This document shows positions 23,712-36,240 of a stretch of DNA of 64,000 nucleotides, one piece after another (within the stretch, counting starts at the first letter, position 1; every line of letters starts with the position of its first letter). The notes below the pieces were generated by a model, which was given only the letters and a program-made list of their open reading frames with translations, did not search any database and was not told the origin of the DNA. The position numbers and the translations under genes were made by a program. The DNA is from Squalus acanthias (taxonomy: Eukaryota), in the NCBI GenBank assembly GCA_030390025.1, contig CM059432.1:81160001-81224000 (forward strand), written 5' to 3'.

Positions 23712-24388
23712 CACAAATGCAAAATACTGTGGATGCTGGAAATCTGAAATAAAAACAAAATGCTGGAAATACTCAGCAGGTGAGGCAGCATCTATGGAGA
23801 GAGAAACAAAGTTAACGTTTCAAGTCGATGACCTTGCATCAGAACTGGAAAAAGTTAGAGACGTAACAGGTTTTAAGCAAGTACAAAGATAGGGAATGAG
23901 GGAAGGGAAGGAAAGAATAAAAGGGAAGGTCTGTGATAAGGTGGAAGGCAGGAGAGATTAAATGACAAAAGGAATGATGGTGCAAGGCAAAAGGCGATGG
24001 TAATGGGACAAGTAAAGAAACAAAAGATGGGTCTAGAGGAGGTGTAAATGGCAATAGCAGGATCATTACCAACAGCTCTTGTCCAAATAAATGGGAGCAG
24101 TGGTTATGATCTGAAATTGTTGAACTCAATGTTGAGTCCAGAAGGCTATAAAGTGCCTAATCGAAAGATGAGGTGCCATTCCTCGAGCTTCTGTTGAGCT
24201 TCATTGGAACAATGTAAGAGACCGATGACAGAGAGGTCATAGTGCGTTGGAGAATTAAAATGACAGGCGGCCGGAAGCTCAGGGTCACGCTTGTGGACTG
24301 AACAGAGGTGTTCTGCAAAGTGAGCACCTAATCTGCGTTTGGACTTCCCAATGTAGAGGAGACTTCATCGTGAGCAATGAATACAGTA
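23712..24388 (-). mobile_element. Penelope-like element 3' fragment (second family)
   Basis: The minus strand reads YCIHCSR*SLLYIGKSKRRLGAHFAEHL...HFNS (GIY-YIG); hammerhead-like motif at 23811-23845. Confidence 0.85.
23811..23845 (-). ncRNA. Hammerhead ribozyme-like motif with a core substitution
   Basis: GTT-CTGATGC-AAGGTCATCGACTT-GAAA-CGTT-AAC; the core is CUGAUGC instead of CUGAUGA. Confidence 0.6.
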
Positions 24389-24514
24389 TTAGGATTAGGT
24401 AAATTATGTCTGTGGTTGTATGATTTCTAAATGGGGCGGGATTGATGGACATGATGGTCTTTTCTCATTCTTATTTTCGTACTCCTGCACCATTGCCTCT
24501 GGAGTCTCCCAATG

Positions 24515-25472
24515 ATCTACCCTTTGGCGATATCATCCAAATTCACAATATCAGGTTCCACATGTACGCTGACAAAACTCAGTTATATTTCACCACCACC
24601 TCTCTTGACCTCTTCACTCTCTCTGATTTGTCACACTGCTTGTCTGACATCCAATATTGGATAAGCAGAAATTTCCTCCAATTGAATATTGGGAAGACTG
24701 AAGCCATTGTCTTTGGTCCCCGCCGTAAACTGTGTTCCTTGACTACTGTTCCCTGGCAACTGTCTGAAGTTGAGGGAGACCATTCGCAAACTTGGTGTTG
24801 TGTTTAACCTCGAGTTGAGCTTCCAATCATTTATCCTCTCCATCACCTACTTCCACCTCTGTTACATCGCCCGACTCTGACCCTGCCTCAGCTCATCTGC
24901 TGCTGAAACCCTCATCCATGGCTTTGTTAACCTCTAGACTTGACTATTCCAATGCACTCCTGGCCAGCCTCCCACTTCCACCCTACAAACTTGTGCTCAT
25001 CCAAAATTGTGCTGCCTTTATTTTAACTCGCACCAAGTCTCGTTCACCCATCACCCCTGTGCTTGCTGACCTACACTTGCTCCCGGTCTGACAACGCCTC
25101 AATTCTAAAATCCTTATCCTTGTTTTCAAATCCCATGGCGTCACCCCTCCTTATCTTTGTAACCTCCTCCAGCCCTACAAACCTTCGAGATTTCTGCGCT
25201 CCTCCAATTCTGGCCTCCTGCGCATCCCCGATATTAATCGCTCCGCCATTGGTGGCCATGTTTCAGCTGCCTTGGCCCTAAGCTCTAGAATTCCCTCCGT
25301 AAACCTTTCTGCCTCTCTACCTCGCTCTCCTCCTGTAAGATGTTCCTTAAAACCTGCCTCTTTGACCAAGCTTTTGGTCATCTGTCCTAATATCTCCTGT
25401 GGCTCGGTGTTAAGCGCCTTGAGACATTTTGCTACGTTAAAGGCGCTATATTTAAATACAAGTTGTTGTTGT
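24515..25472 (+). mobile_element. L2-clade LINE 3' fragment
   Basis: FHMYADKTQLY, WISRNFLQLNIGKTE, SRLDYSNALL; tail GGCGCTATATTTAAATACAAG(TTG)n. Confidence 0.88.
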
Positions 25473-25939
25473 TTTATGTTTGCATGCTTCACTTTACCAT
25501 TTAGCGAGGCATGACCATGGAGCATGTTGAGGAGGAGCAACATCATATGAAGCCTAGAGCAATGAACCAAAAACATATATTCCTGCTAACAGTCTTCTGC
25601 AGGCAGCAACAGTCATACAGCAGGCCCTCATAGATTACGTCTTTTGTCAAATGCCATGCTGATCCAATGCACTATACCGGTGGACAGTGCAATATCCCAA
25701 TGCACCTTTTGCAACATTGGCCACTGCACTAACCTCACGATCATGGATATTAGTCCTTTGATCTTTAGTACTTTGTTCTACACCACCAGAAGAAAACTCT
25801 CTGGACTCAGTTGAAATAAAGTGCAACCAAATTTAATCACCCTCACGTGAATTGTGCGCATGTCTAATATGATTTTGCCCTGATGTTTCTCTTTGGTGAA
25901 AATGTATGTTTTATGTATCCTTTTGCTACTTCTAGGCGC

Positions 25940-26700
25940 TGTCCTAGTGGAAGGAGTGGGCTCGGTGGCTAGCTGCTGGATGTCAATTGGAGCTTCTTGG
26001 AACTAAAGTGGCCCTCTGGCTCCTTGTGCTGGTTCATGAAATGGTTGTGCAACTGCTTCTGCCATGTCCGCTTCTGCAGTGGCTGCCTTGGCTGCCAACT
26101 TTCTGGCACATCTTCAGTCTTTTGAGTGGACTAGCTGGAATGGTGTCAATGTGCCTTTGCCCTAAGAGGCAGCAATCTCATCTGTGCCTGTTGCAGCTAA
26201 GCCCTGTTCATGGGCACTACTGCAGTATGTCCAGTGGTCTGTGTGAAAGGACTCCTCTGGCCACCAACAAAAGCAGAGAGGCCCTGCAAATTAACTCTGT
26301 CCATCTGATCCCTAAGGAAGTTAAAGTCTTCTGGCGACTGAGTTCAAGGTTACTGGATAGCAGCCAGAAAGCCCCGATTGCAGCGGCCATTACCATCACT
26401 ACAGGCCTGCAGCATTTCCATACCCTTTCTCAAGGCTCTGCAAAGGTGGGCCTGCTCCTAGTGTGCACTGGGCCTATGCTAATAACCTGGGTTCAGGTCA
26501 GGGCAGGCAGAACACACTTTGGGTGTAGGGGCCAGAGGAAAATCAGCCTCCCTGTGTGAAGGACCTCTCTGACTGGAACTCCAGTGCAGATGCCTGTGGA
26601 GTTACCATGCCCTTCAGGTGAACAGCTTCTCAGCTAAGTGGTCATGCCTGACTGCACAGATGCAGGTAGTAGATTCCTTCACACTCACAACCATGCTTTT
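25940..26700 (-). pseudogene. Highly degenerate Harbinger Myb/SANT-gene exon 3-like remnant
   Basis: Loose resemblance to the exon 3 copies at 51491-52580. An exon-1-like remnant (MEVLLQDMQQR) lies at about 28600-28800. Confidence 0.45.
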
Positions 26701-26797
26701 CAGGGTGCTTGGCACACTCATTAATGATTGCAGCAAATATTGGCACTCTGATAACAGCCGTCTTTTAAATGAAGGCCCCATGAGATCCAAAATTCAT

Positions 26798-28582
26798 GGC
26801 CGCGAATTTGCCGGCGCTCAGAGGGCAGGTTTGGAGGCGGGTCCGCTGTCAAAATAGCAAAGATTGACAGCGGGTAGGAAACCCGCTGTCAACTCACCTG
26901 CACGCGAGTTTCCCAGGCGTCGGGTCTGTCAGCGGAGAACTGACCCGACACCAAGCAGGCGGGGATACAATTAAGCTAATTAAATGGCTTGTTAAGAGCC
27001 AATTTAATACTATTTTGAGGCTTCCTTCCAATTTTATGTTCTCCCCCACGGGTTACCCGCTGCTCGGGGAACATGCCAGCTCACCCTGGTGTGAGTTGAG
27101 TCTGCTCTGATGTTTCTGATAAGCTGACAGCTGCAGAAGTGGTGTAAAGGATGCCATGTTGCAGATGGTCAGTTTCAGAGCGCAGAAACATTTGGTTACT
27201 TCATTTGTAATACTTATAGAGATTTCATTAGCTTGCAAGTGTTTAGAGGCAACTGTATGTCCAGTGCCACCTCAGTGGAACAACCTCTCTCACCATTGAC
27301 AGATCGCTTCTGTCATCTCACCTGCAGCTGCCATCTATTGCAGCAACATCGGTGCCCTTGAAAAAATCAGACCTTGGTTCTCTGAATCCTTCCACGATCA
27401 GCCCCAACACCAACATCACCAACAACATCGCCAACCTTCTCCGCCATCACCTGATGCTGCACAGGGCCTCAGCCCCTGACAACATTGCTGCGCGGGAGGC
27501 CAGCGATGGCATCACCATGGCCAGATTTACTTCACTTGACGCTGTTAACCCTGGCTGCCACATGATGCACCAGGTTGACACCATCCCGCACCAGCACCGT
27601 GAAGCATCCCTTTAATGTCCAAGCCATTCCATGCACACTCATCACTATAGCGGGCGGGGGGGGGGGGGGGGAGGGGCACGGAAGTTATGTCTCAACATTC
27701 ACTGGAACTCAGTAAGACACTTCTCAAGCTGCGCTCTGATCTGTCCAATAAGGGGCAGTGTTGGAAAAATAGATTTCACTGTATGACAACACATTACCAG
27801 AAACTTCACATGGACATTGGCTAAACCTCTCAAGTGCCTACCCATGTGTGTTGTTAGTTGGTATGCTTGCAGTCGGATGAGGGTAAGTGTGAGGGGTGGT
27901 TAGTGAGATGGGGAAGTGATAAAGTAGATAGAGAGGGTTGGGTGGAGGTGCAAGGTACGTTGGTGTGAGAAAAGATGTGCAGGAGTACGGTGTGGAATGC
28001 AGAGTGATGGGAATGTGTTGAGTGGCACAGCAGGGTGAGTTTGAGTGTGGCTTTGCAGTAATGTTTCGTGATCCACTGAGATCATTGAAAGGTTGGTGCC
28101 ACTGCAGCCAGGGACCCCTGACGACATCCCTGCTTTTGCCCTCCTGTGCAACGTGCAACCAGGCTGCGTTGGTCTCCTGTGGAGGTCTCTTCTGGCCTTG
28201 GAAGGGAAGAGAACCTCACTGCGTGCTGTGACTCCCTCCATAAACATATGGAGGGAGTCATTTGAGAGCCTGGGTGCAAGCGTCCACCTTTGTGCAGTGC
28301 TTGTCAGTGTTTGCAGCACCTCAATGCTGTCAAACACTGACAGAACAACTGTCAAATTCAATGTGGCCGTGGTCCCTTTAAGGAAACCGGCTGATGTCGT
28401 GTCATCAAATGACGTCATCAGACCCACTTCCTGTTAATTGGCTGGGAAGCCCGCAGGGCGGGCTTAACAAGGCCAATCAAGGGAAAATCCCTTTGACAGA
28501 GCGGCTGCAGCCAGGATCGTGACTGGAACCCGGAAACCAGCTCTCCCGCCACCATCACGACACCGATGATAAAATCGCGGCC
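26798..28582 (-). mobile_element. Non-autonomous Harbinger deletion derivative (about 1.8 kb)
   Basis: TIRs GGCCGCGAATTT / AAAATCGCGGCC with CAT on both flanks; Myb exon-1 relic (PRLSNDSLHMFMEGV); homologous to 41078-42816. Confidence 0.85.
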
Positions 28583-29914
28583 CATGACTCTGCAGCTAAG
28601 GAAGAATGCAAGCTGGTTCCTGCTGCTGCACTGCCACCAGCTGTGCCTGTTCATTTATGCACTGTATTTTACCTGGTGCACCATCTTCAAACTGCTTATC
28701 TAAATCCCCAGGGTTGATGTAGCTTTGCTGACACGTGTTTGGGCAAACACTCCTTTGCTGCATGTCCTGCAGCAGCACCTCCAAAGCTTCATCAGGAAAT
28801 CAAAGTATTCTAAGACACACCTCTGCCATTATAAGGTTTCTGCACTGCCATTATTCAGTACAATCCATATACTTGTAGTGATTACAAACATTATTATTCT
28901 CCTTGAAATCTCAAAACAACAAAGACAGTTCTGCTGTGCCAACCCTGAACATATAACTGATCTCTGAGAGACATTCATTCAGTTCTTACATCACAAAATG
29001 CTATCATGGAGCCTCCGCAAAGCCCAGTATCCCTGCTGACTACAGGCTGATTGGTGAGCTGAGCACAGGCAGCCAAATATAAGCCTATAGTCTGAAGCCC
29101 CTGGCCACAGAGCTGTCCATTAAAAGGACTGCAAAAAAATCAATGTCCTTGCCACTCTCACTGACCCCAACCACACCTTTACCCCAGACACCACTGTCAA
29201 TCAAACCCATTACCCCAAAAAGACTCCCAGGATGTTAACTACACAGGATGTTTGTCCAAACCACTTTGCTTGACCTATGACTGCTGGAAGTTAATGTGTT
29301 ACCCAGCTAAATATCAAGGACAATACTCAACTTGACACCAGTGACTTTGTGTTAAACCCCCTTTAATTTGACAAGAACCAGGCAAAGATGCACATGAATG
29401 CTTTTGAAATACCAGACTGGAATACAGCTTGAAAAAACAGCTTGCAGTAATGAGTGTAACCCTGCCGTAACCAGCAAGGACAGTTACTTACTGAATTCTA
29501 ACAAAGACAAAATAATGCTTTATTTTTGATCTAGCCAATTGCCAGGTCTCAGACAGATTGAAGCAGCTCCAGTTCTGAAGAACTGCCCCTGTCTTCTATT
29601 TCCTGTACCTGCTGACAGTGAACTCCCAATGGTAGACCCAGTCCAGGGCAGGAGCTCACTGTGTATACTTGATGATGCTGACCTTGCACAAAATCCAGCA
29701 CAACCTCCATGAGTGCAAAGTTTGCTTTTTTAAGCTCCAGGACTGGAAAATCTGCGAGTATTTTACTGTATCAACTTTATATTGAATCTGCATACAGTAT
29801 ATAAGTATGGTCAGAATATGTAGATATTCTAGCCAAGCTGCATAAAGCTAATAACAAATGACAGCAGTAGTATTTTTTCAGTCTCTTCTCAGCCATAAAA
29901 GTTAATTTCTGCAG

Positions 29915-30560
29915 GAGCCTCATCAAGGAAGATGTGCCAACTCTTGGGAGAGGAGATGCAGCTAGGAACAACATCAGCATTGAGCTGCCAGCAGCAACAA
30001 CAGTAACAATGACATTTAACATTTTTGTCACAGGGCCCTTCCAGACAGTGGCAAGAGACTTGTCAAGGATCAGCTCACTTTGCTGATTTTTGCCTTTCAC
30101 TGCAGTATTACTAATGTAACATCGCCCTGTTCTGACATACAAAAGAAAGTAAGAAAGAAAGACTGACTGACTTGCACTTATATCGCGCCTTTCACAACTT
30201 CACAGCCAATGAAGTACTTTTTTGATGTGCAATTGCTGTAGGGTAATGTAGGAAACACAGCAGCCAATTTGTGCACAGCAAGGTCCCACAAACAGCAGTG
30301 AAATACATGACCAGATAATCTGTTTTAGTAATGTTGGTTGAGGGATAAATATTGGCCAGGAGATTAAATTCAGCACTGGGATGCAGCAGCAGCTGGCTCA
30401 CAGGGTTTTATGAAAAATATGACATTACAGGGCTCAGTGCGCCATTGACCACACTGAGGTGGCCATTCAAGCTACTGTGCAACATTCAATGATGTTCATC
30501 GATAGAAAAGGATGTCTGTGTATCCTAATAGTCTGCACTGCTACCAAAGAATTCTCCATG
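29915..30560 (+). pseudogene. Degenerate Harbinger transposase interrupted by a Deu-SINE
   Basis: ELPAATTVTMTFNIFVTGPFQTVARDLSRIS resembles the motif AVKVTVALNFITSGSFQ seen at about 50440. After the SINE it reads AIDHTEVAI and FIDRKG. Confidence 0.7.
30142..30360 (-). mobile_element. Deu-domain SINE 3' half
   Basis: Reverse complement of the Deu core and tail. Confidence 0.85.
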
Positions 30561-30626
30561 GCATTTTAAAAACATTTTTTCCCCTCCCTTTGCTGAGTAT
30601 TTATTTCCTCTCTTTGTGCTCTCCTA

Positions 30627-32905
30627 CATAGGAACAGGAGTAGGTCATTCATCCCCTCGAGCCTGTTTGGCCATTCAATTAGATCATGGCTGATCTGTAT
30701 CTTAACTCCACCTACCCACCTTGGTTCCGTAACCCTTAATACCCTTGCCTAACAAAAATCTATCAATCTCAGTTTTTAAATTTTCAATTGACCCAGCCTC
30801 AACAGCTTTTTGGGGAGAGAGTTCCAGATTTCCACTACCCTATCAATCGAACTGGTCAGGTGGGCAGAAAAGTGTCAAATGAAATTCAATCCGGAGAAGT
30901 GTGAGGTAATGCATTTGGGGAGGGAAGACAAGGGAATACACAATAAATGGTAGGATACTCAGAAGTGTAGAGGAACAGAGGGACCTTGGAGTGCATGTCC
31001 ACAGATCCCTGAAGGTAGCAGATCAGGTAGATAAGGTGGTTAAGAAGGTATATGGGATACTTTCCTTTATTAACCGAGGCATAGAATATAAGAACAGGGA
31101 GGTTATGCTTGAACTGTATAAAACAGTAGTTAGGCTGCAGCTAGAGTACTGCATACAGTTCTGGTCACCACATTACAGGAAAGATGTGATTGCACTCGAG
31201 AGAGTACAGAGGAGATTTACGAGGATGTTGCCAAGACTGCAGAATTTTAGCTATGAGGAAAGATTGGATAGGCTGGGGTTGTTTTCTTTGGAACAGAGGA
31301 GGCTGAGGGGAGACTTAATTGAGGTGTATAAAATTATGAGAGGCCTAGATAGAGTGGATAGGATGGACCTATTTCCCTTAGCAGTGAGGTCAACAACCAG
31401 GGGGCATAGATTTAAAGTAATTTGTAGAAAGATTAGAGGGGAGTTGAGGAGAACCTTTTTCACCCAGAGGGTGATGGGGGTCTGGAAGGGTGGTAGAGGC
31501 TGAAACCCTCATCACATTTAAAAAGTACTTGGATGTGCACTTGAAGTGCCGTAACCTACAAGGATACGGACCAAGTGCTGGAAAGTGGGATTAGGCTGGA
31601 TAGCTCTTTCTAGGCCAACACAGACATGATGGGCCAAATGGCCTCCTTTTGTGCTGTAAATTTCTATGATTCTTTGTGTGAAGAAGTGCTTTCTGACATC
31701 ACCCCTGAATGGCCTAGCTCTAATTTTAAGGTATTTCCCCTTGTTCTGGACTCTTTTCTACCAGAGGAAATAGTTTCTCTCTATCTTATCAAATCCTTTA
31801 ATAATCTTAAACATGTCAATTAGATCACCCCTTAATCTTCTATATTCATAGGAATACAAACCTAGTCTATGCAACCTGTCCTCATAATTTAACCCTTTTA
31901 GCCCCTGTATCATTCTGGTGAATCTGCGCTGCCAAGGCCAATATATCCTTCCTGAGATGCGATGCCCAGAAATGAATGCAGTACTCTCAATGGAGTCTAA
32001 CCAGAGCTTTATATAACTGTAACATAACTTCCCCTTTATTCCAGCCCCCTTGAGATAAAGGCCAACATTCCATTAGCCTTTTAAATTATTTTTTGTACCT
32101 GTCCACTAGCTTTTAGTGATTTCTGTACTTGGACCCCTAAATCTCTCTGCCCATCCACATTTCCTAAGTTCTTGCCTTTTAGAAAATACTCTGATGTATC
32201 TTTCTTATTCCAAAATGTATGACCTCACAGTTTCCCACATTGAACACCATCTGCCATAGTTCTGCCCACTCACTAAATCTATCAATGTCCCTTTGCAACT
32301 TTCTGCTCCCATCTGCACTATTTGCTGTGCCACTTAACTTAGTGTTATCACCAAACTTAGGTTTACAGCCCTCTCTTCTTTCATCCAAGTCAATTATAAA
32401 TATAGTGAAAAGCTGTTGCCCCAGTAGAGATCCTTGGGGGACACTACTAGTCACATCCTGCCAATTTGAGTACAAACCCATTAACAATATTTATTCTCTG
32501 TCTCCTACCTCCTAACAAATTCCCTATCCAAGCCAATAAGTTGCCTCCAAAATCATGAGCTCTTATTTTTGTTAACAGTCTCTTATATGGAACCTTGTTG
32601 AATGACTCCTGGAAGCCCATCTAAATAATATCCATAGACACTCCCCTATCTACAACGTTAGTGACCTCAAATAATTCATCTATGTTCATTAGACTTGACT
32701 TACCCTTTACAAATCCATGCTGGCTCTCTCTGATATGCTCACATTAGTCCAAATGCTCATTCACTCTTTCCCTAATAACAGATTCTAGTAATTTTCCCAC
32801 AACTGACTTTAGACAAATAGGCCTACAATTTCCTAGTTTATCTCTCTTATCGTTCTTAAATAGTGGAGTGACATTGGCAATTTTACAATCCAAGGGACAA
32901 TTCCT
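30627..32905 (-). mobile_element. CR1 fragment split by a nested CR1 (segments 30627-30840 and 31673-32905)
   Basis: SVPQGSLLGQ, FGDNTKL. The sequence TTCCACTACCC|TTTGTGTGAAGAAG rejoins across the insert. Confidence 0.85.
30841..31672 (+). mobile_element. CR1 3' fragment nested in the antisense orientation
   Basis: LEYCIQFWSPH, LRGDLIEVYKI; tail TTTCTATGATTC. Confidence 0.9.
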
Positions 32906-33184
32906 TTCTTATCCTTTGCCCTATCTCCTTATTTCTTGGCCTTTTTAAAAATTAATTTCCTTCATGCTTTTATTAACAATATTTACTTTCATTGACATGT
33001 TTATTTTCATTAGAATTTACATTTCTTAAGTTAAAAACAATTAAATATGTATTTATTGGCTAGAGGTTTGCTGAAGTATGCATTAATCTTAGCTAACCAT
33101 TTATTCTTTATTTATCTCGTCTTCTGTTCTATTTTCAACTTTGGTGTCTTGCACTATAAGACTTAACCCTTCATCAAGCTTTGT

Positions 33185-34511
33185 TAATTAAAAAAACCCT
33201 CATCAATTGTAGATAATGCTAAGTATTATAATTAGACATTATGCTTTGAGTGTGGAACAATTAAAAGGCATATGCTATTTAGTTCCCTCCTGATGGAGTA
33301 AAATGCATGGTTGCTTTCTGCTTATCAGCTGAAGGTGCATCGAAATGTAATTCATCCATTATACATCTGGTGTCAGGACAAATTGAGGTCAAGTAGGCAC
33401 CATGCCAAAGGCATTGCTTTGCAACTGTGGTATTACTCTCACAGTATAGTCTTGGTCTACCCCCTAACCTTAGAAAAGCATTCACCTTCTCTGGTATTAG
33501 TTGCCTTTTCATTCTGCACACAATAAAATAACAGTCTGTGAAACTGAAGATTATTTCTGTGTTAATCACCCGAGGATAGAGTGAAACTGCAAGTTTATTA
33601 CCCTCGTGATTCTTAATGACTCCCGGAGAAGGGAGATTGTTTAGTTTTTGTTCCTGAATTTATTTTATTTTTATAGGAGAGATGTCTGCTTAAAACATAC
33701 TGGATGTGTCATTTGACAGATACTTTACAAGTGCATTTTGGCCACATTATAAGTCAATAACATTATAATTATTATATATTAGTAGTTGTCCCATGGTGTT
33801 GCTAATAGTAAATCATTTTCTACGTTGAGATTTGTGTCCCACTGCTTGTTGTTTTGACATTTTTGTTTGTTATTTTTGGTCTTGATTTCTGTGTTTGTGT
33901 TTATATTGTTCTCTTGGTGTGATGTTTTGTGTTAGAAAGAAAGACTTACATTTTTATACCGCCCTTCACGACCTCAGGATGCCCCAAATCGCTTTACAGC
34001 CAATGAAGTACAGTCACTGTATTTTAATGCAGGAAACGCGGCAGCCAAGTTGCACACAGCAAGCTCCCACAAATGACCAGATAATCTGTTTTAGTGATGT
34101 TGATTGAGGGATAAATGTTGGGCAGGGCACTGGGGATTCTCCCCTGCTCTTCTTTGAAATAGTGCTATGGTATCTTTTACATCCACTTGAGAGAGCAGAA
34201 GGGGTTCGGTTTAATGTCTCATCCAAAAGACGACACTTCCGACCGTGCAGCCACTCCCTCAGCAATGGAGTGTCAGCCTAGATTTTTGCGTTCAAGTCTC
34301 TGGAGCTTAACCAACAATCTTCTGAGACGAGAGTGCTACCAACTGAGCCACAGCTGACACTGTGTTATGTGGTATTGGTATCTTTCTGTGTGTGATCTGT
34401 ATTTTTATTTGTTTTGATCAGTTTGTTGCCTTTCAATTGTTCCACACTCAAGCATAATGTCTAATTATAACGCTTAGCATTATCTACAATTGATGAGGTT
34501 TTTTTTAATTA
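33185..34511. repeat. About 85-bp inverted repeat pair (33185-33270 and 34427-34511)
   Basis: CCTCATCAATTGTAGATAATGCTAAG..TTATAATTAGACATTATGCTT(T)GAGTGTGGAACAATT recurs reverse-complemented with few mismatches. Confidence 0.9.
33935..34360 (-). mobile_element. Deu-domain SINE
   Basis: Head TGTGGCTCAGTTGGTAGCAC on the minus strand, Deu core and tail. Confidence 0.88.
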
Positions 34512-35419
34512 ATTCTTTCTGTGAATTTATGCCTTTGATCTCTCTGCAGCATCTGTGATTTGCTTATGTGTTAAAGTGGTGTGCTATGCTATCAATGTGA
34601 TTGATATATATATTGGTGGTTGGCCGTGATATGTATTTTTTTGGTGTGATTTCTCTAACAGGGTCAGTGTGTAATGTGTTTTGCTGGTGTCTTTATAGTT
34701 ATTTTTATATCTTGATTTGCTGATGTTTCCTGCTATCTCTATGTTGGCCATCTGTAAATGTATCTTTTTGAAGGTATTGTGTGGCTGTTATTCTGTATGT
34801 CAATGTATTGATTTATGTCTGTGTCTATTTCTGCTCCATTTGTCTGTGCTCCTATCTGTCCGCTCTGTTTTACCCCTTCTGCTTATCTATCTGATGTGGT
34901 TGTTGGACCCTCTTATGTGTCAGGATATTTTTTGCATTCATTGGGTTGAACTATAGGGTAGAGCAGTATGATATCTTCATGAATGGAGATCTCTCTTTAG
35001 AAAGGTGCCCAATGTCTGTAGTGTGGGTAATGATATGTTTGGTGTTGGGAGGTAGGAAGGAGATGGAATGGTAACATTTTAAATGGAGGCATTGGAGTTC
35101 AGGAGAAACTCAAATTGGGTGAATAGTGATGCAGGTGGTGGTAATGGGGGAAGGGGAAGCCTGTGAGCAGGTGAAGAGGAATGTAGGTAGCAGCAATGTG
35201 GGTAGAAAAGGACTGCAATCAAGTGAAAAATGGGGTAGGCGATGGCGATAGATTGAAGGAGATGCCTCGAGTGGGTGAAGTGGAGTTGGAGCAGGAAGAC
35301 ACTGGGCTCTGTTTTGACTTTTGGGCACCCAACCGGCAGAGCATGCTGGTGACTGACTACCTTGTAGACCTATTCCTTGTTGAGCATTATATTTAATTCA
35401 GTAAATGGGCTTATCCCCA

Positions 35420-35815
35420 GAAGTATTTAGGTTGGATTGATTACAGCACAGAGGAGGCTATTCAGCCCATCTGAAAGAGCTGTTCACATCCCCTTTAAAA
35501 GATATTATGGACTCGTACTACCACACAATCCATGTCTTAAAAACTCACTACATAAAAAAATTCCTAACCTCTCCCTTCATTTTTTTGGTGATGATCTTAA
35601 ATTTATGCGATCTATCTACCGACCAGTGGAGATAGTTTTTCCAATTTACTTCATCAAAACCTTTCAAAATGTTGAAGGCTTCTACCAAATCTCCTCCTAA
35701 CCTTCTTTGCTCTAATGAAATGAGCCCGTTTCTCTTGTCATCCCTGGTATCATCTTAGTGAATTTCTTCTGAACCCTCGCCATTGCTTTTGACATATTTC
35801 CTAAAGTAAGAAGCT
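35420..35815 (-). mobile_element. Degenerate CR1 3' fragment
   Basis: GDLVEAFNILKGFD-like reading on the minus strand and a tail-like sequence. Confidence 0.55.
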
Positions 35816-35899
35816 GCACAGTGTCCAGGAGCTTTAATGGAGAGCTAAGGAATTACGTAGTTTCTACTTCCACCATCCCCTTTATGGCTATTCAGAATC

Positions 35900-36240
35900 C
35901 CATTGCTCATTTGCTACTTGGAGGAAGGGAGAGAGCTACCAGGAAGAATGATTGGATGCGTGAGAAGTGTGGCATTCATCACAGGAGGAGAGCTCCTACC
36001 TATTGTTACATGGATAATCAAATATTTTGTGTGAAAAGGAATTATTTGGACCTCACAGAGGAGTAATGCCTTCAGAGGCAGTGACAAAACCATGTGACAT
36101 GCTGCAGTAAAATGTCAGGGCAGGTACAGCACTGCTAGTGGAACAGGAGATGATAGCTTCCTTAATTTTTTTTTTGTCATGACGTCTGATTACGTGACAT
36201 CTACAAATGTTATTGCATTTACCTTCAAGAGGTTGAAATC
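35900..36240 (+). pseudogene. Degenerate Harbinger transposase N-terminal fragment
   Basis: IFCVKRNYLDLTEE*CLQR resembles VFREHFSYIHLNEEQCIRR at about 50290. Confidence 0.6.

Noticed and set aside
27650..27676. Poly-G run as a functional G-quadruplex
   Set aside because: It is absent from the sister copy (a short C5 run near 41948), so it is likely slippage or a homopolymer length error.
28980..29160. Another possible transposase N-terminal relic
   Set aside because: Similarity is too degraded to support by eye.
33279..33569. 96-aa ORF as a host exon
   Set aside because: No recognisable domain and no supportable exon chain.
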